Shown here: in pieces, positions 40,501 through 52,409 of the stretch
Layout of the letters: the number at the start of each line of letters is the position of its first letter
Position numbering within the stretch: position 1 is the stretch's first letter
From: Chrysomallon squamiferum
Lineage: Eukaryota > Animalia > Mollusca
Length of the DNA: 64,000 nucleotides
Direction of reading: 5' to 3'
Assembly (NCBI GenBank): GCA_012295275.1
Contig: CM022672.1
Span: 20,088,001-20,152,000 of the forward strand
Translations under genes and position numbers: made by a program
The notes under the pieces: generated by a model
The model's database searches: none
Told to the model about the DNA's origin: nothing
Seen by the model: only the letters and a program-made list of their open reading frames with translations

Positions 40501-43500
40501 ATTTAATATAAATTTCTAAAGTATTATAAAAACAGGAAAGAAATGCATTATGAGAATTGTGAAAAGAGAATTATTTTTAATCAGCTTTATCAAAATGACT
40601 GACAGGAAAAATTTGAAACAAAAGGTTATCGGTTATAAATCCGAGATTTTATACAGAAACCTTTGCAATATGGAAATATATAAACCCCAGTTCTTTTCTA
40701 TTGAAAACTGTGGTTTAAGGTTTAAACACTTTTTTAACTACAGATTTATTACTGCAGACAAAAACTTGAGGACAAGAGTAAAGCAGGGGTCCTTCGATGG
40801 AACTAATATGCAACAAAAGACTATGAAACAGTCAGACATGAAATGGAGTAGACTCCACAGAACAATCTCATAAAATTTTATTATCTGTACTGAAATAAAA
40901 AGGCAACAATGCCAACTAGCCAGGTTACTGTGGAGTCTGTAATTTCACAATTACCTCATCAAGTATAAACCACGACATACTGTTATTGGAACCACCTCTG
41001 GCTGTGTGCTTTCCCATCTGGCCATCCCTGCAGGTGATATTTAATTGTGTGTTTATTTTGGAATACACACCACTGCTTATTAGCCCTGCTCAACAGCACT
41101 GTATATTTTCCTATTTTCTGCTTCATCAAGCAACCACCATCCATATGTTTTTGATATAATTACTCAGTGCAAATATAAAATCAAATGCTCTGTTGATATG
41201 TCATGAACCAAGGAAAGATTAGACTTCAAGTGCTCTACTCAGTTTTCTTCAGTTGTCTATATATACATCTCATGTATTTTGTAGGTTTGTGTGCATGTGT
41301 AACATTATTTTTTTTAAATGTATTTACATAGACAAATAGATAGATGTGTGTATACAATTATGTATATATAATTTGTTGAAACAGATTCAGAAAAGGAAAA
41401 AAAAAAAAAAAAAAAAATTAAAATAACAATAACTGCAACCAGCAATACATGTGATCATTAAAAGAAGATAATGAAGAAATATTTTTTATATTTTAATAAA
41501 TATAACATCTGAGTAGAAAAAACCCCACAAAAAAACAAAACAATAAAGAACTAGCTGTCAAACTCAAGAAATATGTGGAATACTTTCAAATCTAATCACA
41601 CTGCTGTATTATCACTGGCAAGGCAGAAAACAGACTGCAGGAGAGACCTGATAATCTCAAGTTTCATTGATAAAAGTCTCTGCAATACAAACCTGATCAT
41701 ATCCACTGGCACTTGGACATCTCAATGGTCAGCATCAAACTGACCAGCATACTAATGTGATAAACTGACAAGTTTATCAAACAAGATATAGGCATTATTT
41801 GTGGTCTCATGTGCATATGTGTGTTTATATCCTGAAGCAGATATATGTTTGTTACTTTGTGCTTCTGTGTAGATACATTGTTGTCACTTGATATGTGGAA
41901 GTAAATATGTGTTTCTTTGTCTGTGTTTACATTGCTGCAGGTTTATGCATTCATTATATATATATATATAAACTTTATGTGTCAAGCAAAATATATGTAA
42001 TTTATTTTGTGTTTGTATACATACACACGCATAAATTTAAATTCCTCATCAATAAATGTTCAGTTATTAGAATTAAAATATTTGTTTGTATTAACAAAAT
42101 GAAATAAAATAAAATTTGATTCACTAAAAGCCAGTTTAACTGAACATTAAGAAAACCAACTAGCAGACAAGAGAAAAACAACTCTAACTTTTGTAAGCTG
42201 ACACAAACAACCAACCATGGACATAAACTACAGTGTTGTCTCACTGAAACTGTAATGTTCCTGTCTGAAGATTTCATTTCATTTCACATTCTCCTTCTTA
42301 CTTAGTCCTATGTGGGAAAAAAACCAAATCTTTTAAAATGGTCTCAGTACACAGTTTATGTTTTTGCAATCAATTCAACAAACAGTGCAAATGTTCTGCT
42401 TCAAAACACATTTAATATAATATAATATAATTAGTTTTGCATTTTACATAATGAGTTATGCATAAAAAGAAAAAGGTTTTATTAATATAAAGTAAGTTTA
42501 TTTATAAAAGAAAAAAGATCCTAATGTCAGTTTACTCTAGAGATCAAGTAAACATGTTTCTGCAAATATGCATTACCTTCATGCCATTATCTAAATAGTT
42601 TCATACATCTTTAATATCACTACTTTTTGTAGAAATAATTATCAGTACAGATTTCATTATTATTCAAAATTAATAAATTATAATCAGATTTGGTGTATTT
42701 GCTACATATACACATACACAACAAATGCAAGAAAACAAATGTTAAATATTTTGCTACACAAACAGATATGGGGGAGGGAAGGAAAAAAGAAAGAAAGAAA
42801 GAAAAAAGAAAAAGAAAAGCAAATTACCAATGGCTTGTGGAATCAAGCCATGCTGAGAGATTTAATACATTACTTATTATATACTCAACTAATTATCCAT
42901 ACCATGAATGTCTGAAACTTTCTCTGTATACAATATGTTATTAAGGAGCCTATTGTGTTGTTCTTAAATTAGACAAGGTATTACCATTATCCAGCAAGAA
43001 CAGTCTATGATTAACTGTGAGTCTAAACTCTCACATTCCTTCCATGCATGCTTTTGTCAGTATATTAATTATTGCTATCTGCACATCTCTACATTAATAT
43101 ACATTTAAATCATAGTCTATGCTTCTTTTGTGGGATTCTCAGGTAAAAAAAAATTATTTAGAGATCACCTATTGAAATAATATAATCTGTGTATAAGAGG
43201 ATTAATAGTGAATACTAATTCTTCTTTGCCAGGTGCTAATTAGAAATGTACATGGGTCTTTATTTGAAACATATATCTACCCAGATCAACAAAATATTAA
43301 AAATATACTTCTCTCTGCTTGGGAATGTTCATTTATGAAAATGTGGTCAGTGGATTTCAAATTACCACATAAATTTAAAGATTGAAATTGCATTTGATGA
43401 AAAATTATTGTCAAAACCATATTTTGTCTTTTTGTATTTTTATTTATTTTATTTCATTTCAGTTTTTGACTTCTTCTAATTACTATTTTTAATACAGAAT

Positions 43501-45733
43501 TTACATCATTGCTATTAACAGAGAGAAAAAACTTACTATTATCCAGCTGTACATTTTTATGAACCTCCTTGTTAACACATAAAATCCTAGCAGTAATTGT
43601 CCATATCGTATATTCATCATCTGCAACCATATACTTTGAAAATGGCCATTTCAGTCAACATATCAATACATTTTATAGTCTTTGTTTATTAAATCTAAAG
43701 AACACACCTACATATTCTGTAATCTGAGTTTTGATTTTTCACTAAAACTGGCTGTAAAATAAGTTTTTTGAAGACAAATGAAATATAAAATATTTCAGCT
43801 TTTTTAAAAGAGACACTGCATATGATGACAGACAGCAGACTAGAGAATATTTTTTTCTAATACAAAGCTTCTGTCATTTGACAAAATTCTATTCCCTTGG
43901 TGCTACTAGTGGCCAATAAATGTTATTTTGAGCAGAAAAACTAATCTTTGTTATAAAATTTCCTACATGTCCATATGAACTGATTTCCCTAGACATACCA
44001 ATAAATTTGCCAATGATAAAATTATATTATTACACAAAATCAGTTTCATGTTGCCAAGTGCAAAACAATTTCCTCCTTATTTCAATAAGAACCATCTGAA
44101 CATGAAGATCTCATTTTAAAATACCAATACCAGACAATAGTTGACTATATAAACTATTTTCTTTTTCTTTTTTTTAATGAAAATATTCAGTGCTGAGATT
44201 TAGGAAATGAATTGACTAGGATTAGAAAGTGATTCTCTTTTTTTTCTTCTAGAATTTAGTATCATCAATGAAAAAAGCAAATGATTGTGAAAAAAATAAA
44301 CCAAAAAAAACAAAAACATTATTCAGATATATATATTTGACATAAACAATAGTGCAGTTAAACAAAAATTTAACAAATTAAAGTTAATAGGTTTAATAAT
44401 TATAATACCCTCCAAATAAATAAGTAAATAAACAAATAAAAATAATTTAATATATAAATATATATACACACACACACAGTTTATGAAGATGAATAACTGT
44501 TCCATGTGTCTGAACTGTGTAAATCCTGGTGAATTTGAGTAAACAAATCAGTAAAGTGAATAATTTTTCAGTTTAGTGCAAAATGTTTTTTCACCACAAC
44601 TGCTCATGTAAAACAACATAAATATATAATGTGTGTATATACATAAAGAATTAATGGCACCTAGAAAAGCACAGAATTACATACATTTTCTACTGACTAT
44701 TTATGAGTTAGGAGTAAATACAATTATTGAGACTTTAATCAAAAAAGAAAGACAAAAACAAAGTGTTATATAATGTTACTTCAGCCTAAGTATGTTAGAT
44801 GGTAATAAAACAAAGCTTATAAAATAGACTACATTAAAAAGCCGTATTCAGTGGCTAACTGAGAGCAGTAAGAAATATGACAACAGCCGACTTGACATGG
44901 CTTATTTCATATTAAGAATGTAAGTGAGATCTGGCGTAAGGCTCATTAATATAGGTTTACATGTCGATAGCTGTTTTATCAAGATGACCTCTTGAACATA
45001 TCTGATTTCATTAATAGGATAATTACCATTACTTTCTTCATGTTACTTCTATTCTGATCATTTGAATGTGAACTATGTATCTAATTACCAACTATGTGTG
45101 TGTGTATTTTTTCAGAGCTAATAAAACACATTTAAATCAAAACATTATTGTATAGATACTATAATAAATAAGCTTAACTGTACTCAGTTTTTATTTATTA
45201 GTTTATAAATAAAAACATTGTTATATTGCTATAAAAACTAGGCTTAATTTCTCTCCAAATCTTTATAAAATAATAATATACAATTAAATTAATCTATAAT
45301 AATTTAAAATTCAATTTAAACTATAATCACCTAATCCTCTTTATTACCAAAAAAAAAAAAAAAAAAATAGGAAAAGAAAAAAATAGAAGAAGGCTGCTTT
45401 TGGATAACGAAAGGTCCACACTTGAACATATCTTATCAGAAAGTATGGCTGGTGGTAAACAAAGACAATGTTTGTCTAAAGGTTACAGAACACAATTGAA
45501 CCAACAATGAGAAGCCATCAGCTGCATTCCCTTACTTTGAAAAGCAAACTTGAATGAAAAGCTTTTCATGTTTAAGTGAAAAATCCTGATCTGGCAGAAC
45601 AAGTTGACTGCATACCTTGTGGATAATAATTTTCATGACCATGCATACAGATGAATTTGAAACTAGCAGGTGCAAAATATTTGTCATCTCTTAGACGTGG
45701 CATGTGGAAAGTCATGAATATTTTTAAAAACAA

Positions 45734-45736
<3 letters not shown>

Positions 45737-45815
<79 letters not shown>
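45737..45815. repeat. Compound (TG)n(AG)n microsatellite
   Basis: A TG run at 45737-45768 abuts an AG run at 45769-45815. Confidence 0.97.
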
Positions 45816-45819
<4 letters not shown>

Positions 45820-47600
45820 AGTAAAAACACCTAATTAGATAAATGTGATACATAAGTGTCATGTATATAAAATTTAATTTAAATTTAAATTGTGTAGCCT
45901 ATAATGAAACGAACTAAACATATAAAAATAATAATAACAATTGAAAAAAGAAAGAAAATGGTAAATATAATACTTAATAAAAAGAGAGACGTAGTAAGAA
46001 AGCTAAATTACTTTGTGTTTTTTTTTGTTTTTTCTTTCAGATATTGACTCAAATTCACAGATGCACTTAACATTTGTTTGTTTTTACTCTTCAAGGGTAT
46101 GTTGTTATTACTTCAGAGCTCAGTGATCAAGTCTCATAAACTCAGTCTGTATATGATATTCAACATGTTTATTTTTGCACGACTGGAAGTTTCTTCTTTC
46201 CAAATAAACAAATGTAAGCTTTTTTTAAATGTAACTGCACAAAATGGGCTATAACTTACAGCATGCTAGCAACTGGTAGTTGTGTCAAATAATGCAGAAA
46301 CGTATGTTAACTGTCCTTATTGTTTTAGCCATTATTAAAAAATATTTTTTATTTCTGTTTTGATATTATATACTATTGTAACAATAATGACAACAATAGT
46401 ATAAACACCAGATTTATTATTTATTTTTTAAAGGAAAAACTAACTTCTAACAATATGAAGATATATTTATTTGTTTATTTTTATTATTAATTAATTTTTT
46501 TTTAAAATTTTTTTAATTTCATTACTAACCTGTATCAATAAATTCCAGTTTAATATTTTTGTAGTTTGTGTTGGTACTGTAATTTTAAAATTACCATTTA
46601 TTTATTTTATGATAAAGGATATTTAATAAAAGCAAAAATATCACAAGCAGCTCTTACTTGAGATATTTAGGTAGTGAAATAAATACAGAAAATTTTGAAA
46701 GTGATTGACTTCAACAAACAAAATGATTTTTAACTCAGGTAACTGATCCTTTTTTTTTTCTTTAAAAACATCTGAACAGGTGTGTTTTCTGACAGGTAAC
46801 ATTTACACATTCAGGTAAGAGTTAAATGATAAAGTTCACAAGTTTTGGAATATTCTATCTTCATATCTAGAAATAGACACTTAAATTATAAAGTATCATT
46901 CCAAAGTTTAAAACAAAACTTAAACTGTTATTCTTTTTACTAGTATTTTATTAAATATTATTTTGTTTCTAATTATTTATGTCTCTCAGTAATATATACA
47001 TTTTTAAAAATAACAATTCAAGGAATACATACATACATACAGATATATTTCATCAAATGAATTACAAAATGCATGAGTAATATTTTTTGTAATTTTTATA
47101 TCAGAAATTGCATGAATCAGGAAGATGACAAAATAATTCAGTTATTACAAATTTATAGGTTTAAAATGATTAAACTATAATTAAATAAAACCTATTACGT
47201 CTCTTTCATCAATTCATGTCCTGGTAAAACGAAGTAATTCTAAAATATACTTGTAAAGATTTCTCCAATGAAGTCTTACTTTTAGAACACAAACATAAAC
47301 AATCATGTACATAAATAGTATATTTGTTTTAGAAAACCATATTTTTGGTGAATACATTGATGCACTTGAGGTGACTATTTAAATGCACTTTTAATAAATT
47401 AGTCAATCAGCTGAATGTTCAGAATGTCTCGCATGGATAGTTTCTTAAAGAATATTTTAACTATTTCTTCAGTAACCTAATGGTATGTTATTTACTTATA
47501 ATAATTATAATAAGTAAAACAATCAACAATATAATAACAACAACGACGACGACTTCATTCATTCATCATTAATATGATTTTATAAAAGCATGTTACTCAC

Positions 47601-47739
47601 CAAGTTTAATTCGGGCTTCGTCAAGACGGGATACTTCCACCAAAAGATGCACACAGCCAAGGACTGCCAACACGCAGACGACAACCAGCCCGTTGACAGC
47701 ATTTCGCGCCTGCATCACTCGCGTACATAGAAAACGCAT
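47601..47739 (-). CDS. HS2ST1: Heparan sulfate 2-O-sulfotransferase 1-like, coding exon 1 (cytoplasmic tail, TM anchor, start of stem)
   Basis: ATG at 47739 reads MRFLCTRVMQARNAVNGLVVVCVLAVLGCVHLLVEVSRLDEARIKL+G, then donor G|GTGAGT (phase 1). It has a type II membrane anchor. LDEARIKL|E resembles recalled human HS2ST1 LEESRSKL|E. A second in-frame ATG lies at 47715. Confidence 0.85.
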
Positions 47740-47837
47740 CACAGCACTATCACGACAACGCCTTTAGCATTACTGAGAGTTACAATGGCTGTCAGTGCGA
47801 CAACCAACAGCAAAATAAAAATCTGACATGTATTCAT
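47739..47837 (-). promoter_or_regulatory. Candidate uORF (32 aa, hydrophobic) whose TGA overlaps the HS2ST start codon (TGATG)
   Basis: ATG at 47837 gives MNTCQIFILLLVVALTAIVTLSNAKGVVVIVL*. The stop at 47741-47739 shares its A with the HS2ST ATG. It is a uORF only if the TSS lies upstream of 47837. Confidence 0.45.
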
Positions 47838-48141
47838 AAAATGTAACGGTGTTCCTTTAAATACGTTTAAAGTTACCCATGGTTTTTTTTCCGCATCTGA
47901 ATCTGAAGTTATAACTTTGTGAAACACTAGTCAGTAAGTCGATGAACAAGTTAGATCAGTATGGCAAATGAATGATCATTCAATGAAGTGTGTAACATTG
48001 TTCAAGGCGAATACGTCAACTTATAATGAAACACGTCGATGTCAAGGTACTCCTCTGCGAATGACAGTTGTTACAGTGAAACAACTTGACAAAGCCTCAA
48101 GTCATGTTTACTGAAGTAAAAGCGGCTGCTTTGAAGTTATC

Positions 48142-48247
48142 GCGCATGCGCTGCAAATGCTGCCTTCTAGACGACAACTCGACATCCGCTACGAAACACG
48201 ACGTGTAGTCGATTGGCGCGGAGACAAAATCAATAAACTGTGACTCA
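48142..48247. promoter_or_regulatory. HS2ST-proximal promoter motifs: NRF1, CCAAT/E2F-like, AP-1
   Basis: GCGCATGCGC at 48142-48151 (NRF1 core), GATTGGCGCG at 48211-48220 (CCAAT on the minus strand overlapping an E2F-like site), TGACTCA at 48241-48247. These are motif matches only. Confidence 0.55.
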
Positions 48248-49365
48248 TGTGACTTTACCCTATAGCAATTTTTTCCTCCTGAAATATATAATGAAAAACT
48301 GAAAAATTAAATTATGGTAATTATTCAGTAAATTATTATCCGTTCAGTTTTCATTGTTGTTCCATTAATAACAATAATTGCTATAATTCATGGAAAAAAT
48401 AATACTTATATTAAAATTCAGTAAAACGAAAATAACTAATTTCGTCTTTGTATTTTGGATACAATTAGCAATAAATTTTAAAGGAACATATTTTAAATGT
48501 ACATTTTTCGTCGACATACTTAATACTTTAGTAACAATTATAATCTACAATTATTTAGCGCAAAAGAATTTAGTTGCTCAGTTGTTATAGACTTTTTGCG
48601 ATAATCGGATTCAAGGGTTGCAATGTATTATTACACGATTTCTCCAACATTAACAGTTTAAATAGTATTACTAAAATATGCAAGATTTATGATATATCCC
48701 GTCTAAAATTAATAGAAGTTATATAATTATTTTCTACCGATATATTTATATCAATTACGGTATTACTTGAATTAATTAACATTAACGAAGATATTTCGAT
48801 ATTCAGTCGATCCTTCATTTAAGGGGCTGAAACTGAAACGAAACGGAAAAATTGTCCAGAAAATAAAAAAATGAGGATTTTCCGATGTGTGTTTGAAACA
48901 GCAGAGATATTAACACTGACAATGTCGAATAATATATAAAACAAAATTTACTTTAAAGTTAAGAACTTACTTAACATGATCGGCACCAGATTGAGTTTGT
49001 TTTATCGTGATCGGGTATTGGGGCTAATGGCGCCAAAAAAAAAAAAAAAAAAAAAAAAAAAGAAGTGTTATATATCTAAAAACATTTTAAGATAAAACTG
49101 ATCACGCAGGACATGAATGAACGCACGTGTGTGTGGCCAGTGTAAACAAATAAAAAGACGCGCTCGACGAACATCTTTCGGGCGCTTCGCTAATTCCCGC
49201 ACGGGTCCAGATTTCGTTCTGATTAATCCAGCAAAAGGTTTCTGTTAAATGGACGTTTGAATGTATATATGTTCATGTTGTTGTTGTTTTTTGTTGTTTT
49301 TTAAAGTAACGTGTGCTTTCTTTTAAAGCAAAGCTCACTGAAAATAAATAAATAAATAAAAAATA

Positions 49366-49366
<1 letters not shown>

Positions 49367-49410
<44 letters not shown>
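49367..49410. repeat. (AAT)n microsatellite
   Basis: Read directly from the sequence. Confidence 0.9.
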
Positions 49411-49642
49411 TTGCCTTTGCCTGAATAGCAGTTAACACTAAAATTATGGAATTCAATTTTATATTCTTATGGAGAGGAAACTATATACCATGGCCTTTGA
49501 ATCAGCTGAAGAATAGAGGCTTTAATGACTTTTGTTTTCTCTCTTTCATTCACGTGACTATGGTTTACATGTCGGCGCCAAATTAGCAAAAGGCAAAATG
49601 GTAGCAGTACCTTCAGGGTTTACGAATGTTTAGGGTACAAAA

Positions 49643-49677
<35 letters not shown>

Positions 49678-50004
49678 AAGATGAAGAAAAAAGACGATAA
49701 TTTATTACGTATGACTTTTCACTGTGGTATGGTCTAATAACTTTTACGTTAAAAAAATAAAAAAAAAAAATAAAATAAAATAAATAAATAAATAAAAACA
49801 GCAAATAACTTTAACATGAAATAAATAAATTTAGATTTCGGATCAATGAATCCATATTAAAAGGAACAACACAGAAACATACATTCTTTTAATAACAATA
49901 AATGCATTAAACATAAAATAATGATAATAATAATAATTAAAAAATAATACATGTATAATTTATTGTTTATTTATTTATTACTTTTTCAAGTAAATTATTT
50001 ATAT

Positions 50005-50035
<31 letters not shown>

Positions 50036-50265
50036 TTTTTTTTTTTTTTTTATTTTTTTTTTTTTTTTTTTTTTTTGAAGTGCAGATGGGCCACTAAATA
50101 GTTTATTAGGCCATAAGAACTTCAAAATAAATAAAATGAAATAAAATAGATTTTAAAAGTTTTAAAAAATTAAATTACCTTGATTAAAAAAACTTTAAAA
50201 AATGTTTAAAATATTTCTGTCTTAATAAAATACAAAATAAAATAAAATAAAATAAAATAAAATAA

Positions 50266-50343
<78 letters not shown>
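50266..50343. repeat. Head-to-head (AAT)12(ATT)14 palindromic microsatellite
   Basis: An AAT run at 50266-50301 is directly followed by an ATT run at 50302-50343, giving a spacerless 72 bp palindrome. Confidence 0.9.
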
Positions 50344-50345
<2 letters not shown>

Positions 50346-50412
50346 AAACAGGTGTTACATTCGCTGCTTTCGATAATTTGATTAACCGAGCATTCGGTAT
50401 CATTTTCATACA

Positions 50413-50443
<31 letters not shown>

Positions 50444-50876
50444 TAATAAAAATACATTTTAATTTTTTTTAGCGTTACAAAATTGTTAAAATGTTTATCA
50501 TCAACTTATCCAATTTCAGCAGAAACAGGCTCACAACATCTTAATGATAATGATGATAATATAGACCATAATTAATTAAATTTTGGGACGGCAGGACCAA
50601 TGCAATACCTTTCAGGTCTCTTTATTTATTGTTCATATCCCAATACTGTTCACACAGGATCGCTCATTGTCTACTTTTGTCTTCTCATTATCACTACATA
50701 CAGTTTTCACTGTATTGTCATATGCCATACATACATACATCTGAGCATAAACGTAGGCACGCTCATAAATATACTTTCCCAGACGAAACTGAAATTTTAT
50801 GTTCCCTAACACTGTAAATTTATTTGGTCATTTTATTTGGTCATTTTATAGTTTCAATTGCGATCTAAAGGCAGGA

Positions 50877-50888
50877 ACTACAATTACC
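50877..50888 (+). promoter_or_regulatory. ZNF143/THAP11-associated motif-like site
   Basis: ACTACAATTACC matches ACTACAATTCCC at 11 of 12 positions, about 780 bp upstream of the NUP188 ATG. Confidence 0.35.
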
Positions 50889-51176
50889 GTTCCCTCGAGA
50901 TTTATTTAATTGTCGAAGTTTCTTTGAAATCGTTCTTCTGTTAATGTAGCAGTTATGTCACGGGTTTTTACTTCAGCATTTTGACTTTGATATAGCAAAT
51001 AATGGTCGTGTATTTTCAACATAATAACATCCTTGTCGTTCCATTAAAGTAGAAAGCAAATTCTGCTTTTCTTGTGTGCCATATTAAATATATAGCAGTA
51101 CGTGCATTATATACAGTTTAAATATAGCAGTCAACATTACAAGATAAAGATAATGCTGTTGTTGCTTAAACTAATG

Positions 51177-51208
<32 letters not shown>

Positions 51209-51601
51209 AATAATGATCGTTTCTAATGAACTTCTTTTAGTAACCACTGCTTTATTTTCATTTATTTTATTTTATATTTTATTGATAATAAATTTTTTGA
51301 AAGTTTTGCTTGATAAGCAAGTTAATGTAACTGCATAAACCCACAACTGACTGCATTGTATTTTTCATAAAATACTTAACTTATATATATGAAAGAATTA
51401 AAAGAATGAAAATAATAACAATTATTAAATAAAATTAGTTTTACACTCATCAGTTTTACTGTAAAAACGTTAATTTTCTTTAACGGTAATGTGATAATAC
51501 TTGATGTAATTATTTCAAAAAACATTAAATGAATAAATAAATCATTTTGGTTGTGAATACTATACATTACAACTGCTATGTCGCATAGTGAAAACGAAAC
51601 C

Positions 51602-51665
51602 AGACGTCATTTTGAAGGATCGCAAAATAAAGGGTGGAATTTACATTTTTGAAAGAATGGCGGCA
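51602..51665 (+). promoter_or_regulatory. NUP188-proximal CRE-like site and YY1-like site at the start codon
   Basis: AGACGTCA at 51602-51609 (7/8 CRE match). AAGAATGGCGGC overlaps the ATG and resembles the YY1 AANATGGCGGC motif. Confidence 0.4.
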
Positions 51666-51676
51666 GGTGTGGATAG
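51657..51676 (+). CDS. NUP188: Nucleoporin NUP188 coding exon 1
   Basis: AGAATGGCGGCAGGTGTGGATAG|GTAATA reads MAAGVD(S), phase 2. It sits at the end of the CpG-rich region and is phase-compatible with exon 2. Confidence 0.8.
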
Positions 51677-52351
51677 GTAATAACTGTTTGGACACTTTTT
51701 AATATATATGAATGGTTATAGCATCTAATATATCATTGTTTAGAAGATCCTTTGCAAATAAAATGCTATGTTCAATTACATCGTGATCTGTATATTAGTA
51801 CATTTTGTAAGAGGCATATAAGATTTGTGATGGTTCAGTGGTATTTTCATTTGTTACATTTTATCGCAAAAAAGTGTTTTACCTAGGCCTTTATCATAAA
51901 GTTTATGAAGGATACTGATATTGAGAAAAATGTATCAGGAATGTTAAGAAGTAGTAATAATAAATATACTTTTATTTAAATATTTATTTGTAATTCATTA
52001 AGTTTGTCATGAATTATAAACATATGCAATACAGAATAAATATTTTATTATGTATAAGATGCTTTTAATTTCATTTATTTATAAATACGATTAAAACTAG
52101 TTATGAGAATCCTAATTTAGATTCAGTATTAAATAGTTCAGTACATAATCATTACATATTGTGCCATAATCTATTACAATTTACAGCATCCATTTTTTTA
52201 ATAACAATAATTTATTATTTTATGGATATGTTTCATGATTCCAATCGTTTAAAATCAAAATTTGTTGAGGTTAATAGTAGCAGTATTCACAAGATAGATT
52301 TTCTGTTTAAATTATTTTTTTAATATATTTTTCTTTTGTTTCACTATATAG

Positions 52352-52409
52352 TTTTAGCAACAGAACACTTTGGCAGTTCATCAGTGGTACAGGAGTACTA
52401 CGACCAAAG
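52352..52409 (+). CDS. NUP188: NUP188 exon 2
   Basis: Reads (S)FSNRTLWQFISGTGVLRPK, cf. human SSRELWTILLGRSALRE. Donor AAG|GTGCAC. The acceptor is ambiguous (starts 52352, 52358 and 52364 are all in frame). Confidence 0.8.

Larger units (their letters stand above)
15355..47600 (-). other. HS2ST1: HS2ST1-like intron 1 (32,246 bp, GT-AG, phase 1)
   Basis: Bounded by the donor and acceptor of the two exons above. No other convincing coding exon was seen between them. Confidence 0.75.
47540..51700. promoter_or_regulatory. CpG-retaining divergent promoter region between HS2ST1 and NUP188
   Basis: CG dinucleotides are visibly frequent here and rare in both gene bodies. The two start codons point away from each other, 3918 bp apart. 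Confidence 0.75.

Noticed and set aside
40550-40873. 107 aa plus-strand ORF
   Set aside because: No recognisable homology; its length is within chance expectation.
3260-46800. Frequent TGACAG/CTGTCA as evidence of Meis/TGIF regulation
   Set aside because: TG and CA are inflated by CpG decay in this gene body, so raw abundance is uninformative without a composition-matched control.
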